DNA of 64,000 bases from a bacterium. GTDB lineage: Bacteria; UBA8248. The stretch covers positions 78,875-142,874 of the forward strand of contig JAJEJD010000019.1 in NCBI GenBank assembly GCA_022828125.1, written 5' to 3'. The notes below the pieces were generated by a model. It was given only the letters and a program-made list of their open reading frames with translations, ran no database searches and was not told where the DNA came from. Both the position numbers and the translations under genes were made by a program. Shown in pieces: positions 13,290 to 25,002 of the stretch. The stretch's first letter is position 1; the number at the start of each line of letters is the position of its first letter.

Positions 13290-14591
13290 GTGGTGAGCGC
13301 CTCCTGCCCGGAGATTCTCATTTCGCCCTCGAGCCTGCTCATCCGCACGTCTCCCCCGACGACCGTGGCGACGGCGCAACCCTTGAGCTTCCAGCCCGCG
13401 AAGGGCGTGTTCCTGCCGTTGCTCTCGAAGGCGTCGGGGTCGACGGTGATCTCGCGCCCGGGGTCGAGAATCGTCACGTCCCCCGGAGCGCCCTCTTTGA
13501 GCGTACCGTGGGGCAGGCCGAGCACCTCGCACGGCCCCGCCGTGAACTTCGCTATCATCTCGGGCAGCGTGAGCACGCCCCCGCCCACGAGCCTGTCCAG
13601 CGCGAGCGATACGGCCGTCTCCAGCCCCACGATCCCGAACGGAACGGCGTCGAACTCCCTCTGGAGTTCGGCCTCGTAGTGCGGCGCGTGGTCAGACGCG
13701 ATGGCGGATATCGTGCCGTCTTTCAGGCCCTCCAGCAGCGCCAGTCTGTTCGCCTCATCGCGCAGCGGCGGCGCCATCTTGGCGGCCGAGTCGAAGCCGT
13801 GAATCACCTCGTCCGTAAGTGCGAAATGGTGCGGCGTCACCTCCGCCGTCACGCGCACCCCGCGCGCCCGCGCCTGGCGGACCAGGTCCACCGCGCCCGC
13901 GGAGGAGATGTGCAGGATGTGGAGCCTGCCGCCGGTCAGCTCCGCCAGGCGGATGTCGCGGTAGACGCAGATGTCCTCGCTCGCCGCCGGGTTGCCCGCC
14001 AGGCCGAGCAGGGTGGATACCGCCCCCTCGTTCATCACCTTGCCGCCAGAGAGCGACATATCCTCCGCATGGTCGAGCACGCTCACGCCGAGCATGCCGG
14101 CGTATTCCAGGGCCGCGCGCATCAGCGCCGCCGTCCTGACGGGTACGCCGTCGTCGCTGAAGGCCACCGCGCCCGCCTCTTTCTGCTCGGCCATCTCGCT
14201 CAGTTCCTCGCCCTCGAGGCCCACCGATACCGAGCCGACCGGGAACACGCGGCAAGCGCCCACCTCGCGCGCGCGCTTCAAGATGCGCTCGGTGATGGAA
14301 CTCGTATCGTTCACGGGATCGGTGTTCGCCATGCAGGCCACGCCGGTGAACCCGCCCGCGGCGGCGGCGCGGGTGCCGCTCTCGATGTCTTCCTTGTACT
14401 CCTGGCCGGGTTCGCGGAAATGGACGTGCATGTCGATGAACCCCGGCGCCACGACGAGCCCCGCCGCGTCGATGATCTCATCCCCGCCGCGCGGCAGGAT
14501 GTTCTTTTTCCGGTGCGCGACCTTTCCCTCCTCGATCAGGATGTCGCACTTCTCATCGACGCCGTCTGCGGGGTCGATGAGGCGCCCTCCC

Positions 14592-14608
<17 letters not shown>
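13286..14608 (-). CDS. pyrC: Dihydroorotase (multifunctional-complex type)
   Basis: 440 aa. [13 protein letters not shown] metal-binding motifs. Confidence 0.9.
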
Positions 14609-15611
<1,003 letters not shown>

Positions 15612-15651
15612 ATGTTCCCCCCCTTTTTCACGCCCGGCCCCCCGGGCATGT

Positions 15652-16176
15652 CTATCGCTTGTAAACGGCGTCCTGGCCGTCGGTCTCCTCCAGATGCACC
15701 CGCACCTCCTCGGGATGGACCGCCTCAATGTTCTTCCCGACGAAATCGGCGCGGATGGGCAGTTCCCGCCCGCCCCTGTCCACCAGGATGGCGAGCCGCA
15801 CCCTGCGGGGCCGGCCGAAGCCCATGAGCGCGGCCAGGGCGGCGCGCGCCGTGCGGCCCGTGTAGAGCACGTCGTCGACGAGAACCACGTCTTTCCCCTC
15901 GCAGGAGAAGGGCAGGTCCGTCTTCTTGAGGCCGGTCCTCACGCCTCCGCCCTGGTTGAGGTCGTCGCGGTAGAGCGTCACGTCGAGCGCGCCCACGAGC
16001 GGATGCACGCCCACCAGCGACTGGAGCTCCCGGGCCAGCCTCTCCGCGAGCGGCGCGCCCCTCGTGCGAACCCCGATGAACACGAGATCCGACAGATCGG
16101 CCGTTCGCTCGATAATCTCATGCGAGAGGCGCCTCAGGGTGCGCCTCAGCTGCTCGGCGTCGAGTTGTTTAACCAT
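15652..16176 (-). CDS. pyrR: Bifunctional pyr operon regulator / uracil phosphoribosyltransferase PyrR
   Basis: Start at [18 protein letters not shown]-binding [13 protein letters not shown]. Confidence 0.9.
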   Translation of the reverse strand: MVKQLDAEQLRRTLRRLSHEIIERTADLSDLVFIGVRTRGAPLAERLARELQSLVGVHPLVGALDVTLYRDDLNQGGGVRTGLKKTDLPFSCEGKDVVLVDDVLYTGRTARAALAALMGFGRPRRVRLAILVDRGGRELPIRADFVGKNIEAVHPEEVRVHLEETDGQDAVYKR

Positions 16177-16412
16177 GACCGGCGTCCGGCGTATGCGCGT
16201 AAGCGGGGCGCAAAAAAAACTCCATACCCAAAGGGCATGGAGTGCCGGGAACAGGCGAGAAAATGGCAAGCATTCGCGCTTCCTCCTTCGCCGCCTCACG
16301 GGACGACATTAAAGGGGAATCTCTCAATCATCAGGCTGTTTTCACCCGGCGAAGAACCTGCCGGGCCATTTCCCGAAAACTAGCAGTCTTTCCGAGAAAG
16401 AGCAAGAGGGAA

Positions 16413-16727
16413 TCAGGAACGCTTCAAAAAATCGAGCGGCGCGCCCGAGCGTTCCTCCTCTTCACCGGGGACATGGGCGGATTCTTCCAGAATCTCGAAC
16501 AGGGCGGAGGCGTCTTTTTTCGACAGATTGCGCCTCGCCTCCCCCAGGACGCGGACCCGCAGGGTCCTGTTCTCGAGCCTGAGGCGCAGCACGTCTCCGA
16601 CTTCCACCCGGGAGGAGGCCTTGGCCGTTTTCCCCTCGATATCCACCGCACCCCCGTCCGCCAGGCTCTTGGCCAGGGGACGGCGCTTGACCAGACGGCT
16701 ATAGCGCAAAAACTGGTCGAGGCGCAT
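16413..16727 (-). CDS. S4-domain RNA-binding protein (Hsp15/YbcJ-like)
   Basis: 104 aa. MRLDQFLRYSRLVKRRPLAK is an S4 motif. Confidence 0.7.
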   Translation of the reverse strand: MRLDQFLRYSRLVKRRPLAKSLADGGAVDIEGKTAKASSRVEVGDVLRLRLENRTLRVRVLGEARRNLSKKDASALFEILEESAHVPGEEEERSGAPLDFLKRS

Positions 16728-16736
16728 CTTACGTCA

Positions 16737-18260
16737 TCATTGGGTGATTTCTTTCGGATCCGCCACGATGCTGCGCGTCTTCTGAACTTCCACCTCGAAC
16801 TCGAGCCGCGCGGCCTTGTTGTTCGTCTCGAAGGACATCGTTCTCGACCCGGCTTTTCCTCCTTCGCCCTTCGACCGTTCCGAGAACGCCTTGATCATGT
16901 CCGCGAAATTCACTTCGCCGATGTAGGAGTCGGGCAGCAGGTACACGTAACGGAACAAATAGACGTTCGCCGAAGGGTCGGGGTTCACGAAAAGCCTGTG
17001 CCCGGCCTCCAGGGCGTTGATGGCGTCTTTCCCCACGCTCGCGCCCTCGCCCACCTTCACCCTGCCCGATTTCCAGCGGGGCTTGTCCCTGTTCGCGCCG
17101 TAGGCCCACAAAATCCTGTCCTGCCCGAACAACCTGCCGCCGCTTTGCTTGAGCTTGACGCCGACCAGCCTGAAGCTGATCTGTTCGCGAACGTCCCGGA
17201 ACACGGAAGACAAGCCGTCGGCGGAGGGAGCGGGGTCGTAGCTGATTTCGAGAAAAGCGGCTCTTTTGAGATCCGTTATCCATTCGCGGCGTCTCTTGGT
17301 GAATTTCTCCTGGAAGAGTTTGCTGCGGATTTTGCCGGACACCCTGTCGAGGGTAATCACCTTCCCCGGCGCCACGTCATCGACGTGGACGACGTGAAAG
17401 CCCACCCTCGTCCTCGTCGGCTTGCTCGTCCCGCCCTTCGCCGTCGAGAAAATGAGTTGTTCGAGTTCGGGGAATACCTCGCCCTTCTTCACGGAGCCCA
17501 GCGATCCGCCCCGGCTCCCGGCGGGGCCTTCGGAATGCTTCTCCGCCACTTCCGCGAAATCAGCACCCGGCTTCGCGGCTTCCGCGTAAGCGAGGTCCGC
17601 CTTTTTGCGCTGCGCCTCGATTTCCGAGGCGGAGGCGCCCTTGCTTACGGGAAAGAAAATCTGCCGCACCGTCCGCTTCTCGGCCTCGCGGTAGTCATCG
17701 GAGTGCGCGTCGTAGTAATCCGCAATTTCCTGCTCCATCACCGAAACGCGCCCGCCGACTTCCATCCTCTCCACTTTTCGCGCCAGCAGCTTCTTGCGAA
17801 GCTCGTCGCGATATTGCTCCATCGTCATTCCCTGCGAATCCAAAAAGGCGCGCAGCCCGGCCGTCGTCGTCTTGTTCTGGCGAAGTATGTCCACGACCGC
17901 GTTTTCAATTTCTTTTTCACTGACGTTCAACTCGAGAGCCGAGGCGCGCTTCGCGATGAGCTTGCTCTGGATCATGGCGTCGAGGGCCGCGAGCTCCAGT
18001 TCGCGAATCCGCCGGCTCAATTGTTCGCCCCTGTAACTCTTCCTCAACTTCTCGGCGTCCGGTTTCACCAAATCCTGAAGCTCCGAGAGCATGATGATGT
18101 CATCGTCTATCTTCGCAATGATTCTCTCGATCGTCACGGCGGCGGAGGTCGCCGGGGCGGGCGCGCCCGCCAGGACGCAAAACGCAATCGCCAAAACGCA
18201 AAAACATCTAGCCCGATACGACATTTTCAAGATTTTCCGGATAGTATGTGATCTTCGCAT
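16737..18260 (-). CDS. SurA-like periplasmic chaperone / parvulin PPIase with about 160-aa C-terminal extension of unknown function
   Basis: Signal peptide, SurA N-domain, one PpiC parvulin domain (GFHVVHV), then an unassigned extension. Confidence 0.7.
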   Translation of the reverse strand: MRRSHTIRKILKMSYRARCFCVLAIAFCVLAGAPAPATSAAVTIERIIAKIDDDIIMLSELQDLVKPDAEKLRKSYRGEQLSRRIRELELAALDAMIQSKLIAKRASALELNVSEKEIENAVVDILRQNKTTTAGLRAFLDSQGMTMEQYRDELRKKLLARKVERMEVGGRVSVMEQEIADYYDAHSDDYREAEKRTVRQIFFPVSKGASASEIEAQRKKADLAYAEAAKPGADFAEVAEKHSEGPAGSRGGSLGSVKKGEVFPELEQLIFSTAKGGTSKPTRTRVGFHVVHVDDVAPGKVITLDRVSGKIRSKLFQEKFTKRRREWITDLKRAAFLEISYDPAPSADGLSSVFRDVREQISFRLVGVKLKQSGGRLFGQDRILWAYGANRDKPRWKSGRVKVGEGASVGKDAINALEAGHRLFVNPDPSANVYLFRYVYLLPDSYIGEVNFADMIKAFSERSKGEGGKAGSRTMSFETNNKAARLEFEVEVQKTRSIVADPKEITQ

Positions 18261-19191
18261 TTCGCTTGAGTTCTCCGAGCCAGCCCTCGAGTCTCGTTCT
18301 CCCCTTATCGGCCAGCAAGCGTTTTTTGATGTCGTCCCTCACGGACGCCAGTGTTTTCTGGAACGGCAGCCTCCTCTCCGATACCTCCAGGAGGTGGAAG
18401 CCCACCGGACTCTTGACGACCCGGCTCACCTCGCCCAGCTTCAGCGATTCCACCACGTTCTCGATGTTTTCGGGCAATTCGCCTTGCTGGAAATAACCCA
18501 AATCGCCGCCGACGTCGCGTTCGGGACCGATGGAATGTTCCTGCGCAAGCGCCGCGAACGATTTCCCCTCGAGGATGAGCTTCCGCAACTGCAAAGCCAT
18601 TTTAGTCGAAGAGACGACGATTTGGCGAACCCGCCAGCGTCTTCCAACCCGGAATTTCCCCTTGTTGCGGTTATAATAATCTTCGATCTCCGAATCCGAG
18701 ACCTTCAACTTCGAATACACTTCCCTTTCCAGCAGGTGCTCAATCTCGAGCGTCTCGCGCATCGTCTTGAGCCACGACTCCTCGTCGATCCCCTGTTCTT
18801 TCATAATGGCCTTCAAATCCTGATCGCCGTACTGGCGGCGGATGAACTCGACGAAACGCCTCACCCTCCTCTCGCTTACATATTCGCCCGTTTCCCGGAA
18901 ACGCTGGAGCAGGAGACGTCTTTCCACGAGTTGTTCCAGGAGGACCCTGGGGATGGATTGCTCGGCCTTGCGGGGCGCCTCCTGATACTCGCTCGCCATG
19001 AAATGCGCGCGCACGTCCTCGCGGGTAATCGGCTCGCCGTTCACCTGCGCGAGCAGGACGTCTTTTTTCTCACGCTTCGCCTGAAGCGAAGAATCACAAC
19101 CCGCCGCGACGAGCAGCGCCACCCAGCAAATCCACGTCCACCGGGTCAGGCCGCCTCGCATCAGACGCCGCGCACGCCTCACATTTCCCAT
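18208..19191 (-). CDS. SurA/PrsA-like parvulin peptidyl-prolyl isomerase, lipoprotein
   Basis: LVAAGC lipobox, PpiC domain GFHLLEV. Start chosen at MGNV; an alternative start lies 30 nt downstream. Its stop overlaps the next SurA-like start region. Confidence 0.7.
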   Translation of the reverse strand: MGNVRRARRLMRGGLTRWTWICWVALLVAAGCDSSLQAKREKKDVLLAQVNGEPITREDVRAHFMASEYQEAPRKAEQSIPRVLLEQLVERRLLLQRFRETGEYVSERRVRRFVEFIRRQYGDQDLKAIMKEQGIDEESWLKTMRETLEIEHLLEREVYSKLKVSDSEIEDYYNRNKGKFRVGRRWRVRQIVVSSTKMALQLRKLILEGKSFAALAQEHSIGPERDVGGDLGYFQQGELPENIENVVESLKLGEVSRVVKSPVGFHLLEVSERRLPFQKTLASVRDDIKKRLLADKGRTRLEGWLGELKRNAKITYYPENLENVVSG

Positions 19192-19201
19192 GATGAGAGC
19201 C

Positions 19202-22200
19202 TCATGCCTCTTTCGCCGCCAACTCGCCTTCCGGGACCTTGCACACTTCCAAAGCATCCAGCACTTGAACGAGAAAGTCAAAATCCTCCGGCCAGCGCCC
19301 GCTGATGCCGGCTCGAAAAGCGTGGGCGTCGGTAAACACCATGCCCGGCATGTCGAGAAAGGCGGCCGTCAACTCATAGTCGCCCGGGAAGATCTCCAGA
19401 TGCGCCTCCTTGCCGCGGACGTGGAGAGACTTGATTCCGCAAAGGCGGGCGCGCAAGCGGATTTCCCCGAGTTGCAGAAGGTGGAGGGCCCGCGCCGGCA
19501 TCGCTCCGTATTTATCCTGGAGTTCCACGCCCAACTCCCTCAACTCGGCCGGCGCCTGCGCCGACGCGATTCGGCGATATACGTCCAGGCGCTCGGCCTG
19601 GGCCGGAATCCAGGAAGGAGGCAGCGTGCCCGCCACCGGCGCGGCGATATCGGGTTCGCTGCGCTCGACGGTCTCGCCCTTGGCCTCCTGCACGACTTCT
19701 TCCAGAAGGCGGCAGTACATGTCGAACCCCACGGCCGATATCTGCCCCGATTGGCGATGCCCGAGCAAGTGCCCCGCGCCGCGGATTTCCAGATCGCGCA
19801 TGGAGAGCTTGAAGCCGGCCCCCAGTTCGCTCAACTCCTCGAGCGCCTGGAGGCGTTCTCTGGCCTGCTTCGTCAGGGAGCCCGCGCCCGAGACCAGGAG
19901 GTAGGCGTGCGCCTGGAACCTGTCGCGCCCCACCCGACCGCGCAACTGGTATAGCTGCGCCATGCCGAACGTGTCCGCGCGATTGATGACGATCGTGTTG
20001 ACCGAGGGAATGTCGAGACCGCTCTCGATGATCGTGGTGCACAGCAGCACGTCGGCCCGCCGGGTCACGAACTGCTCCATCACGTCTTCGAGTTCTCTTT
20101 CTTTCATCTGGCCGTGACCCACCAGGATGCGCGCGTCGGGCGCGAGTTTCCGCAGAAGCCGCTGCATGGCGGGGAGGCTCTGCACCCGGTTGTGCACGAA
20201 GAACACCTGGCCGCCCCGGTCGATTTCCTTGGTGACGGCGTCCCGGATGAGTTTTTCGCTGAAACGCGAAATATACGTGCGCGGCGCGACCCGGTGGCGC
20301 GGAGGCGTCTCGATGACGCTCAAATCGCGGGTGCCCGAGAGCGCCATCTCCAGGGTCCGGGGGATGGGCGTGGCGGTGAGCGTGAGAACGTCCACGTTGA
20401 CGCGGAGTTTTTTGAGCTTCTCCTTATGCGAGACGCCGAAACGATGCTCTTCGTCGATGACCAAAAGCCCCAAATCGCGAAACGACACGTCTTTTTGCAA
20501 CAATCGGTGGGTGCCGATGACGATGTCCACCCGCCCGGCGGAGAGCCCCTCCACAACTTCAGTCTGCTCTTTTCTGCTTCTGAAACGCGAGAGCATCTCC
20601 ACGCGGGCCGGCAGCGATTCGAAGCGCGCGCGAAAGGTGTCCCAATGCTGGTGCGCCAGGAGCGTCGTCGGCACGATGACGGCGACCTGCTTGCCCGCCG
20701 AAATCGCCCGGGCGGCGGCCCTGAGCGCCACCTCCGTCTTTCCGTAGCCGACGTCCCCGCAGATGAGACGGTCCATCGGTCGGGCGCGCTCCATATCCTC
20801 CAGCACGGTGCGAATCGCCTGCTCCTGATCGGGCGTCTCCTCGAACCCGAAGCCGGCGGATATTTCATGATCGAACGCGCCTTCCGCCGAAAAAGCATAC
20901 CCGTGAGCGGCACTCCGCTCCGAATACAGCCGCACCAGGTCGCGAGCGACCCCCTGGAGCGATTTCTTGACGTTGTTCTTCGTCTTGTTCCACCGGTTCC
21001 CGCCCAACCTGTCGAGCGGCGGCGCGACTCCCCCTCCACGATATTTGTGGATGCGCTCGACGTCGTCCATCGGGACGTAGAGCTTGTCGCCCCCCGCATA
21101 CTGGAGGGTGAGAAACTCGTTCTCCCCGTCGCGGTGCTCGATGACGCGCGTGCCCAAATAGCGGCCGACGCCGTGCTCCACGTGCACCACGAGGTCGTTT
21201 TCGCTCAAATCCTTGAACCCCTCGCCGGGCTTCGACCGGGGGAGACGGCGCGAATCCCGCCCCAAAGCGCCGACGAGCAGGTCCTGCGCCCGAAAGAACA
21301 CCCTGCGTTCATCGGGCAGCCGGAAGCCGGCGCCGAGTTTCCCCTCCGCCAGAACGACGTCGTGACGCCCATCCATGAGCGAGGCGCCCCGGGGCAAAAT
21401 TTCCACGCCCACCTCGTGCTCGCGCAAAAGCGCCTGTATCCTGAGCGCGAGGGTCTTCTCCTCCGCCACGATGACGACGCTTTCATCACCTCGACGCCAC
21501 GAGCGCAGTTGCCCGACGAACGCCTCCACCCGCCCCCGGAAAGGGCTGATGTTTTCCGCGCGCAAGACCCCGGATCCCTCTTCGGAATCTTCGGCGTCGA
21601 GCCCCAGCGAATGGAACTCCAGACGCGGCCAGATGGAGAGCTCCTCGCGAATTTCTTCAGGCGCGAGCCACAAACGCTCGGGCGCGAAGGAGACAAGGCC
21701 CCTCTCGGGCGCGAGACGCGCCTCCTCGTTCACTTCGCCCCACAGCTTCTCGATCGCTTCATCGAGGTTTTCCGCTTCGTTCACAACCCAGAGCGCGCTC
21801 CCGGGCGCCACGTCGAACAAGGTCGTCATGTCGGACAAGAACATGGGCGCGAGACCCTCCACCCCCGAAAAATGTCCGTCCGCATCCAGGTATTCGAGAA
21901 GGCGCTCGACCCGTTCGCTCGTCTCAGGCCCAGCGGCTTCCAAAAGAGCGCGGCGGCCCCTCTCCACCTCCTCTGGCGAGAGAACAATCTCTCTCGATGG
22001 AAAAACGTCCGTACTTTGCAGGGTGTCCAGATTTCGCTGCGTCTGGGGATGGAAGTTCCGCAGGGAATCGATTTCGTCCCCGCGAAGCTCCAGGCGCGTG
22101 GGGTATGCGTTCTGGGGGGAGAAAAAATCCAGAATACCGCCCCTTACGGTATATTCTCCGGGGGATTCGACCACCGACCGCCTCTGGTACATCAGCGATT

Positions 22201-22654
22201 CGAGTGAGCCGATGAACGGGTCGCGCTCAATCTCCAACCCTTCGCGCAAGTGAATCATGGCGGCGCCCAAACGCTCGGGCGGAGGCAACCTCGTCCCCAT
22301 GGCCGATACGCTCGTCAGTACGACGCCTTGTCCTCCGTCGCGCAAAAACCGCAGCGCGGACATCCTCTCGCCGACAATTTCACTCGATGGAGACAACCGG
22401 GAGAAGGGGTACACGTCCCATGCCGGGAAACCCAGGACCGGCGCATCCCGCTCCCCCGAGGCGCCGAGGAACAGCTTCATGTTCGCTTTGATCGCTTCGA
22501 GGCGACGCTGCTCTTCCTCGACGTAAACGACGGGTCCGGGGTGCTCGCGCGCAATCCTGACCAGCCACCAGGCGATCGACGCATCGTTCGCGCCACGCAA
22601 GTGAACCCGCCTGGCCCCGTCGAGACCCCGAAGCGATAAAATGGATTCATTCAT
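19202..22654 (-). CDS. mfd: Transcription-repair coupling factor
   Basis: 1150 aa. UvrB-homology N-term, RNAP-interacting domain, SF2 helicase motifs GDVGYGKTEVA, DEEHRFG, TRID C-terminus. Confidence 0.95.
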   Translation of the reverse strand: MNESILSLRGLDGARRVHLRGANDASIAWWLVRIAREHPGPVVYVEEEQRRLEAIKANMKLFLGASGERDAPVLGFPAWDVYPFSRLSPSSEIVGERMSALRFLRDGGQGVVLTSVSAMGTRLPPPERLGAAMIHLREGLEIERDPFIGSLESLMYQRRSVVESPGEYTVRGGILDFFSPQNAYPTRLELRGDEIDSLRNFHPQTQRNLDTLQSTDVFPSREIVLSPEEVERGRRALLEAAGPETSERVERLLEYLDADGHFSGVEGLAPMFLSDMTTLFDVAPGSALWVVNEAENLDEAIEKLWGEVNEEARLAPERGLVSFAPERLWLAPEEIREELSIWPRLEFHSLGLDAEDSEEGSGVLRAENISPFRGRVEAFVGQLRSWRRGDESVVIVAEEKTLALRIQALLREHEVGVEILPRGASLMDGRHDVVLAEGKLGAGFRLPDERRVFFRAQDLLVGALGRDSRRLPRSKPGEGFKDLSENDLVVHVEHGVGRYLGTRVIEHRDGENEFLTLQYAGGDKLYVPMDDVERIHKYRGGGVAPPLDRLGGNRWNKTKNNVKKSLQGVARDLVRLYSERSAAHGYAFSAEGAFDHEISAGFGFEETPDQEQAIRTVLEDMERARPMDRLICGDVGYGKTEVALRAAARAISAGKQVAVIVPTTLLAHQHWDTFRARFESLPARVEMLSRFRSRKEQTEVVEGLSAGRVDIVIGTHRLLQKDVSFRDLGLLVIDEEHRFGVSHKEKLKKLRVNVDVLTLTATPIPRTLEMALSGTRDLSVIETPPRHRVAPRTYISRFSEKLIRDAVTKEIDRGGQVFFVHNRVQSLPAMQRLLRKLAPDARILVGHGQMKERELEDVMEQFVTRRADVLLCTTIIESGLDIPSVNTIVINRADTFGMAQLYQLRGRVGRDRFQAHAYLLVSGAGSLTKQARERLQALEELSELGAGFKLSMRDLEIRGAGHLLGHRQSGQISAVGFDMYCRLLEEVVQEAKGETVERSEPDIAAPVAGTLPPSWIPAQAERLDVYRRIASAQAPAELRELGVELQDKYGAMPARALHLLQLGEIRLRARLCGIKSLHVRGKEAHLEIFPGDYELTAAFLDMPGMVFTDAHAFRAGISGRWPEDFDFLVQVLDALEVCKVPEGELAAKEA

Positions 22655-22745
22655 GATGTGAAATTTCTGGTTTCTGCTCGAAGCGCATGAGACGATGCAA
22701 TGAGTCGGAGCGTCACGTACGGCATGTAAACTTTCAGATAAACCC

Positions 22746-23969
22746 TTAATTCAAAGAATTCCTGGTAAGGACGAAATCCCTGAGCACGTTGGAAGTATTT
22801 TGGGGCAACGCGACCTCCGCGCCGTTCAAGGATACCTGAGTTCCCGCCACGTTGCCCACCGTAAGGGCAAATTTTTCCGACGCCTTCCAATCTTTCTCGT
22901 TGCCCGCCAGCAAAAGGAGTTCTTCCGTATTTTTCGCATCGACCACGATCCGAAGCCACGTGTCTTCCGCCGCAAAAATCCTGAGTGTCAGGGGGGGCTC
23001 CCCGGGAGCCGGCGGCGCCGCCGAGGGCTGCCCCTCCTGGGGCGTGGATTGAACTTGCGGCGCCGTGTTGAGGGCGATTTCCTTCTCGGCCGGAGGGTTC
23101 GCTTGAACCGAAGCGTCCGGGGAAGCCGGGGTATCCGCCTGAGCCGGCGGGTTTCCCGAAACCGGAGGAGTCTCTTGAAGCTCGACGCTCGCTTGAACCG
23201 GGGGATTTTCCTGCGCCCGGGCCGGTGGGTCTTCTTGATCGGTAGGAGTCTGTTCAGCCACAGAATTCTCCTGGACCGGAAGCTCATCCTGAGCCGGAGA
23301 CTTCTCTACGGCCGGAGAAGGCTTTTTCTCCTCCCCGGAAACCGGAGGCTCCTTCAAGTTCACGGCCGCGACGGGAGAGCGCTCCTGCCCGGGAGCCTCC
23401 TTCTCGATAACGGCGGGTTCTTTCCCCGTTCCATTTTCATCTTTAGCTTTTTCATTGAAGCCGGGTATCTTCTCCGCCACGGGCGCAACAGCGGTCTTGA
23501 TTCTGCCGACAATCGATTCAACCGGAACAAGCTGCTCCGTTCTCCCTTTCATGAACCAGAGAAGACCCCCGCCGGCGACCAGGAAAATCAACACGAAACC
23601 GAGGGTGGCGACGGATGAGAATCGATTCACCCGGGAAACGGGGCTGTAGAAGGTTCGGGGCTCGGTCTCCAGCCCGAACTCCTCCAATGGAACCTCGCCC
23701 GCTGTTTCGCGCTTATAGCTCGCGGTGACGGCCCGGCAGTCCACCCCCACCGCATCCGCAAAAGCGCGAACGAAGCCCAGACCGACCGGTCCGGTCGGCA
23801 ATTTATCGAAATCGCCGTTTTCAATACTTTCCAGATAGTATGTTCGGATTCGGGTGTGCTCGGAGATCGAGCGAAGAGGCACGCCTTTTTTCTCACGCGC
23901 AGAGCGCAAGAAAGGCCCTACTCCGTCTTTTTCGATTCGCGCCATCAGTGTCGGGTCGAGATTCTCCAT
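22746..23969 (-). CDS. rodZ: RodZ-like cytoskeletal protein (XRE HTH + TM + Pro-rich linker + C-terminal DUF4115-like domain)
   Basis: N-terminal HTH, single TM LGFVLIFLVAGGGLLWF, Pro/Glu-rich linker. Confidence 0.7.
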   Translation of the reverse strand: MENLDPTLMARIEKDGVGPFLRSAREKKGVPLRSISEHTRIRTYYLESIENGDFDKLPTGPVGLGFVRAFADAVGVDCRAVTASYKRETAGEVPLEEFGLETEPRTFYSPVSRVNRFSSVATLGFVLIFLVAGGGLLWFMKGRTEQLVPVESIVGRIKTAVAPVAEKIPGFNEKAKDENGTGKEPAVIEKEAPGQERSPVAAVNLKEPPVSGEEKKPSPAVEKSPAQDELPVQENSVAEQTPTDQEDPPARAQENPPVQASVELQETPPVSGNPPAQADTPASPDASVQANPPAEKEIALNTAPQVQSTPQEGQPSAAPPAPGEPPLTLRIFAAEDTWLRIVVDAKNTEELLLLAGNEKDWKASEKFALTVGNVAGTQVSLNGAEVALPQNTSNVLRDFVLTRNSLN

Positions 23970-24131
23970 CCTGCGCCCCATTTCGCCAAAATATTACGAA
24001 AACGACCCGAAATATGAGTATCGAGTCTATTTCATAACCGGGTCGAAAGTCAACGTTTGAAAAACGGGAACCGCCTCTTTCCGGGCGGATATCACACTTG
24101 AGCGGCACAGCAGACAATCTTTGCGAAAAAT

Positions 24132-25001
24132 TTACGAAATCATGGTGAGAATCAGGGGTGTTACATGGCAGATGCTCGGATTCACGGCATCCGACAGCAA
24201 GGTGTCCGCACCCTTCCCGTAGAGCAAAATGGGTACGGGATTTCTGGTGTGCGCGGAGGTTTCCATATCCTCCACGTTGCCGTGATCGCTGCTCAGAACG
24301 AACGTATCCTCGGCCGGGTCGATGTGCCGAAGCGTGGCCTGCAGGAAACGGTTCAAATCCGCCAGGACCTCGAATGCCTCCTCGGCGGTTCCTCGGTGTC
24401 CGACGTGATCGGTCTGGAAAAACTCATAGACCAGCAAATCCTTGGTTCGCGCCAGCTTTCCGAGGCGTTCGCCCGCCTCCTCGGGGTCCAGCGTCGCGAC
24501 ATGATGGCCTTGCTCGACGATTATCTTGTTCGTGTAGTCTCGATAAACGGCCCTGCCCTCGACGAGATCCTCGAGCCGGTTCAGCCGCATTCCCGCGCTC
24601 TCGGCCATCACCGTGGTCACCGAGCGGATGCGGTTTCTGCGGCGCATGAAAAAACGAGGCGTATACGTGTTGGCGAACCCGACGCAGGCGCCCCTCTCGC
24701 GGGCGCGCCTCAAGAGTCCGTTTCGAGCAATGATGCGGCGCAACTGCGTATTCGGCAGGGCCTGAACGTGCCTGCCCACCGCCTTGGGCGCGTTCACGCC
24801 CGTGAACAAGGCCGTGCCGCCCGTTGCGCTCTGGGGAACCCCCTCGACGCCGAGGCAGGCGTCCGCCTCGATGAGGCGGAAACCCGGCGCCACGTTTCCG
24901 CACAAAAGCCCCAGCGGAGGTTCACTCACGCGGGAGAGCGGATTTCCCGGCGCAGGCGGCGCAATTCCCAGGCCGTCCACAAACACGAAAAGAACGGACA
25001 T
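24132..25001 (-). CDS. Metalloenzyme-superfamily protein (iPGM / phosphopentomutase / alkaline-phosphatase-like core)
   Basis: [11 protein letters not shown]-term and SSDHGN motif are typical of the metalloenzyme superfamily. Confidence 0.55.
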   Translation of the reverse strand: MSVLFVFVDGLGIAPPAPGNPLSRVSEPPLGLLCGNVAPGFRLIEADACLGVEGVPQSATGGTALFTGVNAPKAVGRHVQALPNTQLRRIIARNGLLRRARERGACVGFANTYTPRFFMRRRNRIRSVTTVMAESAGMRLNRLEDLVEGRAVYRDYTNKIIVEQGHHVATLDPEEAGERLGKLARTKDLLVYEFFQTDHVGHRGTAEEAFEVLADLNRFLQATLRHIDPAEDTFVLSSDHGNVEDMETSAHTRNPVPILLYGKGADTLLSDAVNPSICHVTPLILTMIS

Positions 25002-25002
25002 G

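Noticed and set aside
16242-18251. 669-aa plus-strand ORF
   Set aside because: Antisense to the S4/SurA genes. Arg-rich, no motifs.
20114-22207. 697-aa plus-strand ORF
   Set aside because: Antisense to mfd.
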